A stretch of DNA of 64,000 nt from Candidatus Iainarchaeum sp. (GTDB taxonomy: Archaea; Iainarchaeota; Iainarchaeia; Iainarchaeales; JAZDFD01), in NCBI GenBank assembly GCA_043808155.1, contig JAZDFD010000016.1, forward strand, positions 15,785 through 79,784, given 5' to 3'. Under the pieces are notes generated by a model. The model did not search any database. It was not told the origin of the DNA and saw only the letters and a list, made by a program, of their open reading frames with translations. The position numbers and the translations under genes are program-made. Positions 19,706 to 28,430 of this stretch are shown one piece after another. Each line of letters starts with the position of its first letter. The stretch's first letter is position 1.

Positions 19706-19757
19706 TGTCCAACAATTTGTGTGTTTGATAAAAAAGTGTCCAACAAATTGTGAGTTT
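19706..19757 (+). repeat. Direct repeat TGTCCAACAAWTTGTGWGTTT x2, 31-bp period
   Basis: Copies start at 19706 and 19737; the same core occurs at 27043, 27186 and (reverse) 17676-17691. Confidence 0.8.
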
Positions 19758-19841
19758 ATTTGCAATAACTTAATAATGGAAAAATACATTATTCTTTAAT
19801 GGTAATTAAACGAATAAAAGACTTTTTTGATTTGGAAAATC

Positions 19842-20591
19842 TTATTCCACAATCAACCCAGTGCATCGCCAGTTAATTTCTGCGGTTCCTGTTTCTTCAC
19901 TTACAACACAAGCAGGGTTACAGCCTTCTTTTTCCAGATTTAAATTAATCCACCATGTTTTTGTGACTTCATTATATGAAATTTCATCTGTTAAAGTTCC
20001 CTCTGCTATGCATTCGCTGGCTTCCGCAATTTCTATCGCGCTAGATTCACTTAAATGTTCAATTTCATGCATTTCACCCGCTGGAACACAATATCCCAAA
20101 GCATCTGCTATTCCTGAAGGCATTTTACAAGTATATCCTCCGGGGCATCCAAAGCCTGCAATTCCGCCGCATTCGCAAAGTTCTGCGCAAACAGTTGGGC
20201 ATGCAATATCAAATCTTCCCTGATTATCAATTCCGCATTTACTTGAACATTCATTCCAATGTCCGCCAAAACCATTGCAGAATTCTTCTGACATTTCAAT
20301 TACTTCTGTAAATGAATTTCCAGAAACAGGATCTCTGCACTGCCGTGGATAACTCTCCATTACAGGGTTTCCTGCTGCAGCGCATTCATCAAAATTTGTT
20401 ATTTCCTGAGTTTCACATGGTTCTTCCCATGTTCTCAGACATTTCTGCTTAGCTTCGCACCAAGAATAACCCGCGCTTCCAATGCAACCATGTTCATCCT
20501 TGTCTCCGCCAACTATTTGGTTATCCGGTGTCTGAACACAGCCACTGAAAATCAATGCAAATGCTAATATTCCAATTATTAGTGCCTTCAT
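19842..20591 (-). CDS. Cys-rich secreted lipoprotein built from small disulfide modules
   Basis: FSGC lipobox-like; modules VGGDKDEHGCIGSAGYSWC, ITNFDECAAAGNPVMESYPRQC and GCNPACVV...EINWRCTG. Confidence 0.75.
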   Translation of the reverse strand: MKALIIGILAFALIFSGCVQTPDNQIVGGDKDEHGCIGSAGYSWCEAKQKCLRTWEEPCETQEITNFDECAAAGNPVMESYPRQCRDPVSGNSFTEVIEMSEEFCNGFGGHWNECSSKCGIDNQGRFDIACPTVCAELCECGGIAGFGCPGGYTCKMPSGIADALGYCVPAGEMHEIEHLSESSAIEIAEASECIAEGTLTDEISYNEVTKTWWINLNLEKEGCNPACVVSEETGTAEINWRCTGLIVE

Positions 20592-20702
20592 TTTTGCACC
20601 TCCCTTTGTGGATGAAATAATAATCAGATTAAGTATATTTAAAGAAATTCTTATTATTTGGAAATTTCCTAAGCAATAATTCCCTAATCTGTAGTTGTCT
20701 AA

Positions 20703-21059
20703 TCAGCGATATTTTTCTGCTTCACTAACTCTGATTGTTGCATAACCAAAGTCAGAATCCGGGTTAGGTCTGGTTCTCTTTCTTCTGAATTTGAAAATCA
20801 TTTTTCCCATGAAACTCCCAAAGAACAACCCGAAAAGAATGCTCAGAACAACCACTAATATTGTCAGAATAATCTTCACTGGATCAAGTCCAAAAAAGCC
20901 AGAAAGCACAAAAGCAGCAGCTACTGTCCCAATAATAAAGAAAACAAATCCGCTTATAACTGCCCAGAAACTGGACATGAAAATATTCCCAAATTCTCTA
21001 ACTACGCCCATAGCTTTAATGTGACTCAAAACATTATTTATTGTTTCGCTTGTTATCAT
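20703..21059 (-). CDS. Small two-TM membrane protein (start uncertain: 21059 or 21011)
   Basis: Two hydrophobic helices followed by a basic tail; the longer ORF-track start overlaps the divergent gene. Confidence 0.5.
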   Translation of the reverse strand: MITSETINNVLSHIKAMGVVREFGNIFMSSFWAVISGFVFFIIGTVAAAFVLSGFFGLDPVKIILTILVVVLSILFGLFFGSFMGKMIFKFRRKRTRPNPDSDFGYATIRVSEAEKYR

Positions 21060-21063
21060 CTGA

Positions 21064-21600
21064 ATGCCAGCACTAGTTAAACAAAAAAAAGTGAAAAGAC
21101 CAAAGCTAGTACGAATTGATTTGGATAAACCAATTGCAGAGCTTGTGAGCAAAAGTGACCACAAAACATTAGGTATCTGGGCAGCTGACTGTGCTGAGCG
21201 AGTATTACATTATTTTGAAGAAAAATATCCCGAAGATAATCGCCCACGAAAAGCCATAGACGCACTCTGCACATGGGTCCAGGATGGTGTGTTTAAAATG
21301 GCAGATATACGTGGAGCGTCACTTTCAGCTCATGCAGCAGCCCGTGAAGTGAAAGAAAATGATGATGCAGCTCGCTCTGCTGCCCGTGCTACTGGTCAGG
21401 CTTTGGCGACTGCACATGTGCCTACTCATGCCATCGGCGCTGCTGTTTACGCAGCCACTGCTGTTCGTGATGCAACCGACTCCAGTGATGCCACTAGCAA
21501 GGAACGAGATTGGCAATATCAACACTTGCTCAATATGAACAAAACAGCTGGTGCAACCAATCCTGAAAAGCGAACGCTCTGGAGAGGCAGGAAAAAATAA
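21064..21600 (+). CDS. Imm5-like 'putative immunity protein' domain protein
   Basis: WAADCAERVLHYFE..YPEDNRPRKAI, AHAAAR, AHVPTHA, ERDWQ; Ala-rich with higher GC than neighbours. Confidence 0.7.
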   Translation: MPALVKQKKVKRPKLVRIDLDKPIAELVSKSDHKTLGIWAADCAERVLHYFEEKYPEDNRPRKAIDALCTWVQDGVFKMADIRGASLSAHAAAREVKENDDAARSAARATGQALATAHVPTHAIGAAVYAATAVRDATDSSDATSKERDWQYQHLLNMNKTAGATNPEKRTLWRGRKK

Positions 21601-21699
21601 AACAAGATGATTTTAGAGGAAATCTACTCTGCAAGCATTTTAAAGAGTTTAGTATGATAGTATAATAAATAATCTATTAATTATGAAAAAGGTGATTTA

Positions 21700-21984
21700 T
21701 TGAAGGTAAAAGATTTAAAGGCACGAGCCGAAGTTGATGAAATTACTTTGGAAATTGTTTCAAAGGCAGAACCAAGAGAATTTACAAATGACAGAGGGTC
21801 AGGAAGAGTTTGCAGCGCAGCTGGTAAAGATAGTACTGGCGAAGTTAGCATAACACTCTGGAACGAGCAGATTGACCAGGTTGAAGAAGGAAATAAAATA
21901 AAGATTGAAGGTGGCTGGTGTTCTGACTATCAGGGCAATTTGCAGGTTAGTACTGGTAGAAAGGGCAATCTGACTGTTTTGTAA
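21700..21984 (+). CDS. ssb: Single OB-fold ssDNA-binding protein (SSB/RPA-like)
   Basis: KDSTGEVSITLWNEQ..VEEG..IKIEGGW...YQGNLQVSTGRKG; GGTGA SD before a TTG start. Confidence 0.82.
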   Translation: MKVKDLKARAEVDEITLEIVSKAEPREFTNDRGSGRVCSAAGKDSTGEVSITLWNEQIDQVEEGNKIKIEGGWCSDYQGNLQVSTGRKGNLTVL

Positions 21985-22023
21985 TTCCAAACTGTTTTAT
22001 TCTTGTTAGGCACTTACATTAGT

Positions 22024-22239
22024 ATGTGCCTTGCTCTTACTTGTGAAGTTATTGCAGTAACTGAAAAAGAACTAATTGTGGATTTCGCAGGGGAAAAGAA
22101 AAAAGCCCTGAATTTAACTAATGCTAAACCAGGCGACTTTGTAATTGTACAGCAGGGAATTGCAATTGAGAAAGTAAACAAAAAAGAAGCAAAAGAAAGA
22201 AAAAAAATCCTTGCAAAAGCTAAGAAACGAATTAATTAA
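22024..22239 (+). CDS. hypC: HypC/HupF-like hydrogenase maturation chaperone
   Basis: MCLA N-terminus (ATG at 22024), VDFAG, PGDFVIVQQGIAIEK. Confidence 0.75.
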   Translation: MCLALTCEVIAVTEKELIVDFAGEKKKALNLTNAKPGDFVIVQQGIAIEKVNKKEAKERKKILAKAKKRIN

Positions 22240-22301
22240 GTGCTAAAAGAAAACTAATTATTGCTATAATCTAATTAATTGCTATAATTGCTAAAAGAGA
22301 A

Positions 22302-23009
22302 TTAATTAATCGCTTCTAAATTGTTTATTGTGACTTTTTTCAGAGTTTCTAATTTTTTTGTGTTTAATTTCTCGCAAAATGACTCCCAGTGAAAAGAAAT
22401 CATATCTCCCTGAACAATTTCATCACCAAAATAGTTGCGAATTTGCTTTTTAGTATCATTTCCAAACACAAATTTTTCATTTTCTAAAACTATTGGAGTG
22501 TATGAAATTTCTAGTGTGTTTGCTCTACCCCTCAAAACCTCACCCCATGAGATTTTGCATTTGTCCAGATTTTCTATTACAGTCGGTACCTTTTTTGTTA
22601 ATGAGTTAATGTTAAACACATGAAATGAATGGTGTGCCGTTACATTTTCAGGAACTTTTTCAACTAATTTTGCTGAAATCTCAGATCCTAAAAATTCAGG
22701 TTTTGAAAACTTATTTAAAATCAAATTTCTAATATCTTTCGCATAAACATTTTCCAATAATTCATTCCCAATCCAGTAAGCTTCTGCAACTCTGTAATCA
22801 AACCAATGCATTTCATTCTTTTCAGCAATCAATCTCAGATATGCGCCCAATGCTTCAAACTTTGAAAGTGAATTTAAAATCTGCTCACCAACAAAAGAAT
22901 CTTTTCCTGAAATGTACTCCTGAATCAAATCACTTATATTTGAGGGTCCGCAGTAACCAAGTTTATTTGGCATGAATGAATAGCGGGACAAAAACTCAAT
23001 ATTATCCAT
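22302..23009 (-). CDS. DUF6390-like hydrogenase-associated protein
   Basis: RYSFMPNKLGYCGP, VAEAYWIGN, HHSFHVF, CKISWG, SFHW..CEKL. Confidence 0.7.
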   Translation of the reverse strand: MDNIEFLSRYSFMPNKLGYCGPSNISDLIQEYISGKDSFVGEQILNSLSKFEALGAYLRLIAEKNEMHWFDYRVAEAYWIGNELLENVYAKDIRNLILNKFSKPEFLGSEISAKLVEKVPENVTAHHSFHVFNINSLTKKVPTVIENLDKCKISWGEVLRGRANTLEISYTPIVLENEKFVFGNDTKKQIRNYFGDEIVQGDMISFHWESFCEKLNTKKLETLKKVTINNLEAIN

Positions 23010-23923
23010 TATTTTTCACGTGCAAGTAATTTCACTGGCATTTTTATCAATGAAATAAATTGTGAAATTCCCAGAACTAAAAGAACACCAACTAAAAGAA
23101 GTAAAAATCCAGCTGCCTGTATTATTGTAATTCCAGTTCCCAAAAATGCAAAAGAAAGTAATGCAGTAATTGGTTGCCCTAAAAGTAAAATTACTGCTGC
23201 TTTTGAAACATCAATATATTTCAAACCTGAATACCATGAAATAACATACAAAAACAGCAAAGCAGATGTTAAAAGAACCCACTGAATCTGCATAGTTCCT
23301 AATTCAAAAATCAAATTAAACTGATTTGTAACAATCAAAAAACCAATCATAAACAAAGAGCCAAAAAACATCCTTCCAAATGCAACTTGTGTTGCTTTAA
23401 GCTCCGTCAATACATGCTTACTCAGAACATTTTCCCCTGCCCAGAATAAAATTGCAATAAAAATTAAAATCTCTGCAAAACCAAATTCAGAAATATCTGA
23501 AAATAAAATTAAATTCCCTGCAAATAGCAAACACGCACCAATTAAGAAATTCTTACCCATTTTCTCTTTCAAAAGTACAAATGCGAACAACCCGATGAAG
23601 AGAAACATTGACTTGTGAATGAATCCCGCATTTATTGCAGACGTCATATTCAAAGCATAAAAGTAAAGCAAAAAGGGAATGCTCCCGCCAATTAATCCAA
23701 TCGCCATTAGTTTAATCCATTGAGCCTTGCTCATGGCTACCAACTTACGCCATTCTTTCAGAAGAAAAATTAATGAAATTAAAAATACACCCACAACTAG
23801 ATTTTTCATTGTAGCAAAAACAAAAGGATTCATCTCTGAAACCCCGAATTTATTAATGAAAATAGACATTCCTGAAACTAAGGCAGTTATTAAAACTAAA
23901 ATAAGCCCCTTATTTTGACTCAT
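23009..23923 (-). CDS. EamA/DMT family transporter
   Basis: About 10 TM helices in two repeats, ending LLKEK. Confidence 0.85.
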   Translation of the reverse strand: MSQNKGLILVLITALVSGMSIFINKFGVSEMNPFVFATMKNLVVGVFLISLIFLLKEWRKLVAMSKAQWIKLMAIGLIGGSIPFLLYFYALNMTSAINAGFIHKSMFLFIGLFAFVLLKEKMGKNFLIGACLLFAGNLILFSDISEFGFAEILIFIAILFWAGENVLSKHVLTELKATQVAFGRMFFGSLFMIGFLIVTNQFNLIFELGTMQIQWVLLTSALLFLYVISWYSGLKYIDVSKAAVILLLGQPITALLSFAFLGTGITIIQAAGFLLLLVGVLLVLGISQFISLIKMPVKLLAREK

Positions 23924-23974
23924 GCAAACAAATAGAAGTGAACTTTATTAAAAGCTTTAGCCAATGTTTTAGCA

Positions 23975-24361
23975 ATGAAAACCATACTAGTTTTTGGAAA
24001 TCCTTTAGTAACTGAAGATGCACTGGCTCTGAAAATCGCAGACAAACTCAGCACACGTCCTGAAGTAAATGAAAAATTCAGATTTATAAAAACAGATTCT
24101 TTGGACAATTTAGAAGAATACGGTGAAAATCTTCTGATTTTAGATGTTGCAGCAAATATAAAAAAAGTTGAAATAATAACTGATTTGAAGATGCTGGAGC
24201 AGAATAAAATTTACTCAATGCACGATTTTGACCTGGGTTTTAATTTGAAACTTCTGAAGAAATTAGGGAAAATAAAATCCGTGAAAATAATCGCAATTCC
24301 AATGAATTATTCTGAAAAACAAGCACTCACTGAAATAAAAGAAAAACTCAACTCCATTTGA
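23975..24361 (+). CDS. Hydrogenase maturation protease-like protein (HybD/HycI-like)
   Basis: VFGNPLVTED, LILD, SMHDF motifs. Confidence 0.7.
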   Translation: MKTILVFGNPLVTEDALALKIADKLSTRPEVNEKFRFIKTDSLDNLEEYGENLLILDVAANIKKVEIITDLKMLEQNKIYSMHDFDLGFNLKLLKKLGKIKSVKIIAIPMNYSEKQALTEIKEKLNSI

Positions 24362-24395
24362 AACTTAAAATCTTCAAATCGTTCTGAAACGAAAT

Positions 24396-25667
24396 TTAAC
24401 TCCATTTAACTTTCAAAAAGTGTGTTGCACAGCTCATACAGGGATCATAAGCCCTAATAAGCTTTTCAAGTTCTAAATTGATTTCTTTTTTCTTTTTATG
24501 CAGTATTGTTGGAATTAATTGTCTAATGTCCTGTTCAATATTGAAAACATTTTGTGCTGTTGGAATAACAACAATCTCTTTTGTTACATTCCCGTTGTTA
24601 TCAAAATGCATTTCATGGTATAATGTACCGCGCGGCGCTTCTGTTACACCATACCCAACCTCATCTTTAATTTCTAATTTAGGGATTGATTCATTCACAA
24701 ATCCTGCATTCAATAAATCAATTGAATAATCAATACAATGCAAAATCTCAATTGCCTGCGCTAAATTGTTTCTAAACGGTGAAATTGAAGGGAATAATTT
24801 TAATGCATTTGTGGAGTCTTTCTGAGTTTTTTTGTGCAAATTTTTCATATTCAAATTAATTCTTGCGAGTGCACCAACCATGTATTCTCTGTCATTGTGT
24901 TTAAACCCGTTTGCAGTGGAGTATGAGACACCGAATTTTCTAAAGTGTGAACCATAGGTTGTTTCCGGAACGCACATTCCGCAAGTATCTCTGATTTCCC
25001 CGTCTAAGAAATTATAATCCTCATTAACCATCCCCACAAAACAAGTTGGGCGTTCAAAAGGTTCTTTGTATGATGCAAACAAATTAATTGTTTCCACAGC
25101 CACAGGCCGTATCTGCTTCAAATATATTAACATTTCTTTAACTTTTTTATCCTCTGGAAATCTCAGAAAGCCACCAACACTTACAAATGCAGGATGTACT
25201 GAACCCCCGCCTATCAAAGTGCATAAATCATTCCCTGCTTTTTTCAAATCCAGTGCATTATGAAGGTGTTTGTGGTATTTTCCTTTGAAATCAAGTGCAC
25301 TTTCAACTCCCAAATAATCCGGCAAAGAGAAAAAATACAAATGTAATGCATGATCTCTTATTTGCATTGCGTTTTGCAGTAATTTTCGCATTCTGATTGT
25401 TTGTTCAGATGCTTTAAAATGTGCAGCGCGTTCAACTGCTTCTATTGCTGTTAAAAGATGTGCAACACTGCAGGTACCGCAAATCCTTGAAAGAATACTC
25501 GGAGCAATCATGAATGACTTCCCAACCACAATATCCTGAAAATACCGCTTACTTTCTGAAATTTGCAGTTTAACAGTCTCAACCTTTTTGTTTCTGATTT
25601 TAATATTCAGGTTTGCATGCCCTTCTATTTTTGAAATATTCTCAAGTGTTATGTCTCCTGAATGCAT
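24396..25667 (-). CDS. NiFe hydrogenase large (alpha) subunit, group 3b-like
   Basis: KIEGH, L1 RICGTCSVAH, HALHLYFFSLPDY, EAPRGTLYH, L2 YDPCMSCATH plus a cleavable tail. Confidence 0.92.
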   Translation of the reverse strand: MHSGDITLENISKIEGHANLNIKIRNKKVETVKLQISESKRYFQDIVVGKSFMIAPSILSRICGTCSVAHLLTAIEAVERAAHFKASEQTIRMRKLLQNAMQIRDHALHLYFFSLPDYLGVESALDFKGKYHKHLHNALDLKKAGNDLCTLIGGGSVHPAFVSVGGFLRFPEDKKVKEMLIYLKQIRPVAVETINLFASYKEPFERPTCFVGMVNEDYNFLDGEIRDTCGMCVPETTYGSHFRKFGVSYSTANGFKHNDREYMVGALARINLNMKNLHKKTQKDSTNALKLFPSISPFRNNLAQAIEILHCIDYSIDLLNAGFVNESIPKLEIKDEVGYGVTEAPRGTLYHEMHFDNNGNVTKEIVVIPTAQNVFNIEQDIRQLIPTILHKKKKEINLELEKLIRAYDPCMSCATHFLKVKWS

Positions 25668-26252
25668 TCAATCACCTAATGATTCGTTATTTACGAGTTT
25701 TCTTACAAGTTTAATGAATTCTTCTCCTTTTGGAGGGCAGCCATGCAATAAATGTTCAACTTTGATGTGCTCATGAATTGGTTTTACATCAATTTGTTTA
25801 AATTTTTCAATCATTGGCTTAATTTTTTCTTTGAGTTGCGGGGAAATATCATTTCTCATTTTTGGATAGCCGCCAGTTGTTGCACAGCTCCCTATTGAAA
25901 TCACTTTTTTTGCCTGTTTTCTGATTTCCTTCAGTTTGGGGAGTTCTTTTTTGCTTGAAATTGCACCCTCTACAAATGCAACATCCATTTTAGGGCTTTT
26001 TTTAGTGCTTTTAAGCAATCTCATTGAAACAATCTCAATATCATCAAGAAGTTTAAAGAATTCGTAATTCTGTGCAAGAATCTCGATTTGACAGCCTTCA
26101 CAGCCTGTAAAATCAAAAAATCCAATCTTTAATTTCTTCTTCAAGCCACTCTTTACTTTCTTTTTCACGGCTTGCTTCTTCTGGTTCTTCTCTAAGCTCT
26201 TTTTCACAGCTTTCTTCTTTACGTTCTTCTTCACTTGCTTCTTTACGCTCAT
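25668..26252 (-). CDS. NiFe hydrogenase small (delta) subunit, proximal-cluster domain only, with Lys-rich N-terminal extension
   Basis: TGCEGCQ, VEGAI, GSCATTGG, GCPP; the gene ends shortly after GCPP; likely start ATG at 26252. Confidence 0.85.
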   Translation of the reverse strand: MSVKKQVKKNVKKKAVKKSLEKNQKKQAVKKKVKSGLKKKLKIGFFDFTGCEGCQIEILAQNYEFFKLLDDIEIVSMRLLKSTKKSPKMDVAFVEGAISSKKELPKLKEIRKQAKKVISIGSCATTGGYPKMRNDISPQLKEKIKPMIEKFKQIDVKPIHEHIKVEHLLHGCPPKGEEFIKLVRKLVNNESLGD

Positions 26253-26305
26253 TCCAATTAATAAGAGCGTTGAAATTAATAAATAATGACTCACAATACT
26301 GCTTT

Positions 26306-26515
26306 TCAATATCTCTTTTTTCTAACTTCGTCACTTGCAAGTTTAGGGAGTATGAAGAATGAAAAAACACCAGTGACACCCATTATCACTGCAAAAGAAA
26401 GCCAGTCAATCCACATAAATAGAAATAGTATGAATGAAATAACAAGCACAATAACAAGAAGAGTAGCTATTGCTTTCAAAATAGTAAAATAATCCATGCT
26501 ATAAGCAATGTGCAA
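26306..26515 (-). CDS. Small membrane protein
   Basis: Two hydrophobic segments. Confidence 0.5.
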   Translation of the reverse strand: MHIAYSMDYFTILKAIATLLVIVLVISFILFLFMWIDWLSFAVIMGVTGVFSFFILPKLASDEVRKKRY

Positions 26516-26522
26516 CCAATTA

Positions 26523-26780
26523 TTAAATAATTCCTGGGAAAACCCATGGGAGTATCAGCACTAAGATGAATAACAGGATTCCCTGATCCAAGTCACGCCA
26601 CATCACAGGGATTGCAAGCCCCATAAGCAAAAAGTAAAAAACACTTGTTTGAGTCATAGATAGATAATATCCAAATAAGGCCCCAATAAAGAAGAACATA
26701 ATCAGAACTGAACCAATCTTCCTCAACAGAACAGGGATGCCATCAATAATTCCTTTGAAAAAATTATAAAATAGACTCAT
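26523..26780 (-). CDS. Small membrane protein
   Basis: Three hydrophobic segments. Confidence 0.55.
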   Translation of the reverse strand: MSLFYNFFKGIIDGIPVLLRKIGSVLIMFFFIGALFGYYLSMTQTSVFYFLLMGLAIPVMWRDLDQGILLFILVLILPWVFPGII

Positions 26781-27800
26781 ATAGACATAATCTTAGTTCA
26801 TGAGCTTTAAGTACTTTTTGGTTAGCGAGTTTTTCTTTTGCTAGTGGGCAGTTAAGTGGCGGGCAGTAGTTGTTGATTGGTTTATTGTTATGTATATTCA
26901 TTATTTGGCTGATTTTTAATTATGTAGTAGGTTATGTATACGTATTTAGGCATATTATGTATAAGTTGAATTTTGAAATTACCCACCAATATAGTAATTA
27001 TGTTTCTTACCATTTGTGAAATCTAGTAATTTTCTGAAATTTTGTCCAAAAAAGTGTGAATTCGCTCATACTCCCAAGTATCCCCAAAAACCCCTATGCA
27101 ACAGATCTTCTCCTCCCTAGCCCTATTCAAAATATGGCCTTCTGGAGTCATCTTCTCCAAAAAAATAGTGTGATTTGAAAAATTCTGTCCAAGAAAATGT
27201 GTGTTTTAAAATTTAAATTGCTAATTTTGCCTGTTTTGGAAACTTAGGGCTTAATTTAGACCCAAAATGAAAAATAAACCAAAAATAGGGTTTTTAGTTG
27301 ATAAATTGAACCTTTTTTATGGATTTTATTAGTAAATCCAAACCATTTTCACGTTTTTTTGATTTTTTACTGTCTAGGGTAGGGGTTTATAGGCAAAAAA
27401 CCCTCAAAAAAGCAATTTTTTCTGGGAAAAACAATTAGTTTTTAAGAAATAAATTCATTCCTAATGTGTTATGTATATAAAATCCACATTATTTGACCTA
27501 GTCTAGGTCTATTTTGGCAATTATATTATAAGGAAAAACTTTTTTTCTTTAAGCAATAAACTATTCCTTGTGTTATTTAAAACCTAATTAATAGGTGTTT
27601 TAAGCTCTTAATTTGGCATCTAATCATGGTCAGACCCACAATCCCCACTCCAAATTACCAATTCTAATTTAAAATTTACCACGCCCTAGCCAATTCAAGG
27701 TAAATTCAGTAGTGTCAAAACACTAAAAAACTGTTATGTAGACAGCCTTTTTTGTGCCTTACCCAAAAGAATTTAAACATCTTAGAACAAATATTAACTC
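26781..27800. other. 1-kb ORF-free intergenic island with clustered repeated motifs and palindromes
   Basis: No ORF of 60 aa or more; five RTTATGTAKA copies, two TGTCCAA-N5-TGTG copies, palindrome GACCTAGTCTAGGTC at 27495-27509. Confidence 0.7.
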
Positions 27801-28430
27801 ATGAAAAGTAAATTCAAATTAAGACCACAACTCTTTGGCCCCTCACTGTTTATGAAAATCCTCATAGTTGCAGTTCTGGTGGTTGCGATTCTTGGAATGA
27901 GTTATTACTTCCCAAACACACTGGCAGATGTTTCATTAGTGTCCAAAAATCTGGGTGAATTCACTGGTCTAACCCCAAAACCGGTGGCTGTCCAAATCCA
28001 GACAGAAACAGTCTATTTATGCCCTGAGGATGCCTGCGCTAATGAGCTCGAAGCACTGATAGATTCTGCAGATTCGCAAATCCATGCCGCAGTATATTCA
28101 TTCACACTGGATTCTTTGGGAGATGCACTTGTAAGAGCCCATGAACGCGGGGTAAAAGTCTCAATAGTGCTTGAGAAAGACCAGATTTCTCAATATTCTG
28201 AGTTCGACAAGCTGGTAAATGCCGGAATTGACGCAAGAATTGATTCAAATCCTGCTTCAATGCACAATAAATTCGCAATAATTGATTCTGAAATCGTGGC
28301 AACAGGCAGTTTTAACTGGAGCCAGAATGCAGACACAAAAAATGATGAAAATCTCTTGATTTTAAGAAGTAAAGAGCTCTCTGCTCAATATGAATTAGAA
28401 TTTCAGGAAATTTTTGGAGAAACAGCCTAA
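27801..28430 (+). CDS. Membrane-anchored phospholipase D-like / Nuc-type nuclease
   Basis: Single HKD motif MHNKFAIID..TGSFNWS..A...NDEN; N-terminal TM. Confidence 0.85.
   Translation: MKSKFKLRPQLFGPSLFMKILIVAVLVVAILGMSYYFPNTLADVSLVSKNLGEFTGLTPKPVAVQIQTETVYLCPEDACANELEALIDSADSQIHAAVYSFTLDSLGDALVRAHERGVKVSIVLEKDQISQYSEFDKLVNAGIDARIDSNPASMHNKFAIIDSEIVATGSFNWSQNADTKNDENLLILRSKELSAQYELEFQEIFGETA

Noticed and set aside
26113-26379. Alternative-frame E/K-rich ORFs (here and at 48510-48773) and the many antisense ORFs in the track
   Set aside because: Shadow frames of low-complexity or AT-biased real genes, with no independent start signals or motifs.
26781-27800. Canonical Orc1/Cdc6 replication origin
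   Set aside because: No adjacent cdc6, no clear ORB with G-string, and the apparent skew polarity is terminus-like; kept only as an unexplained island.
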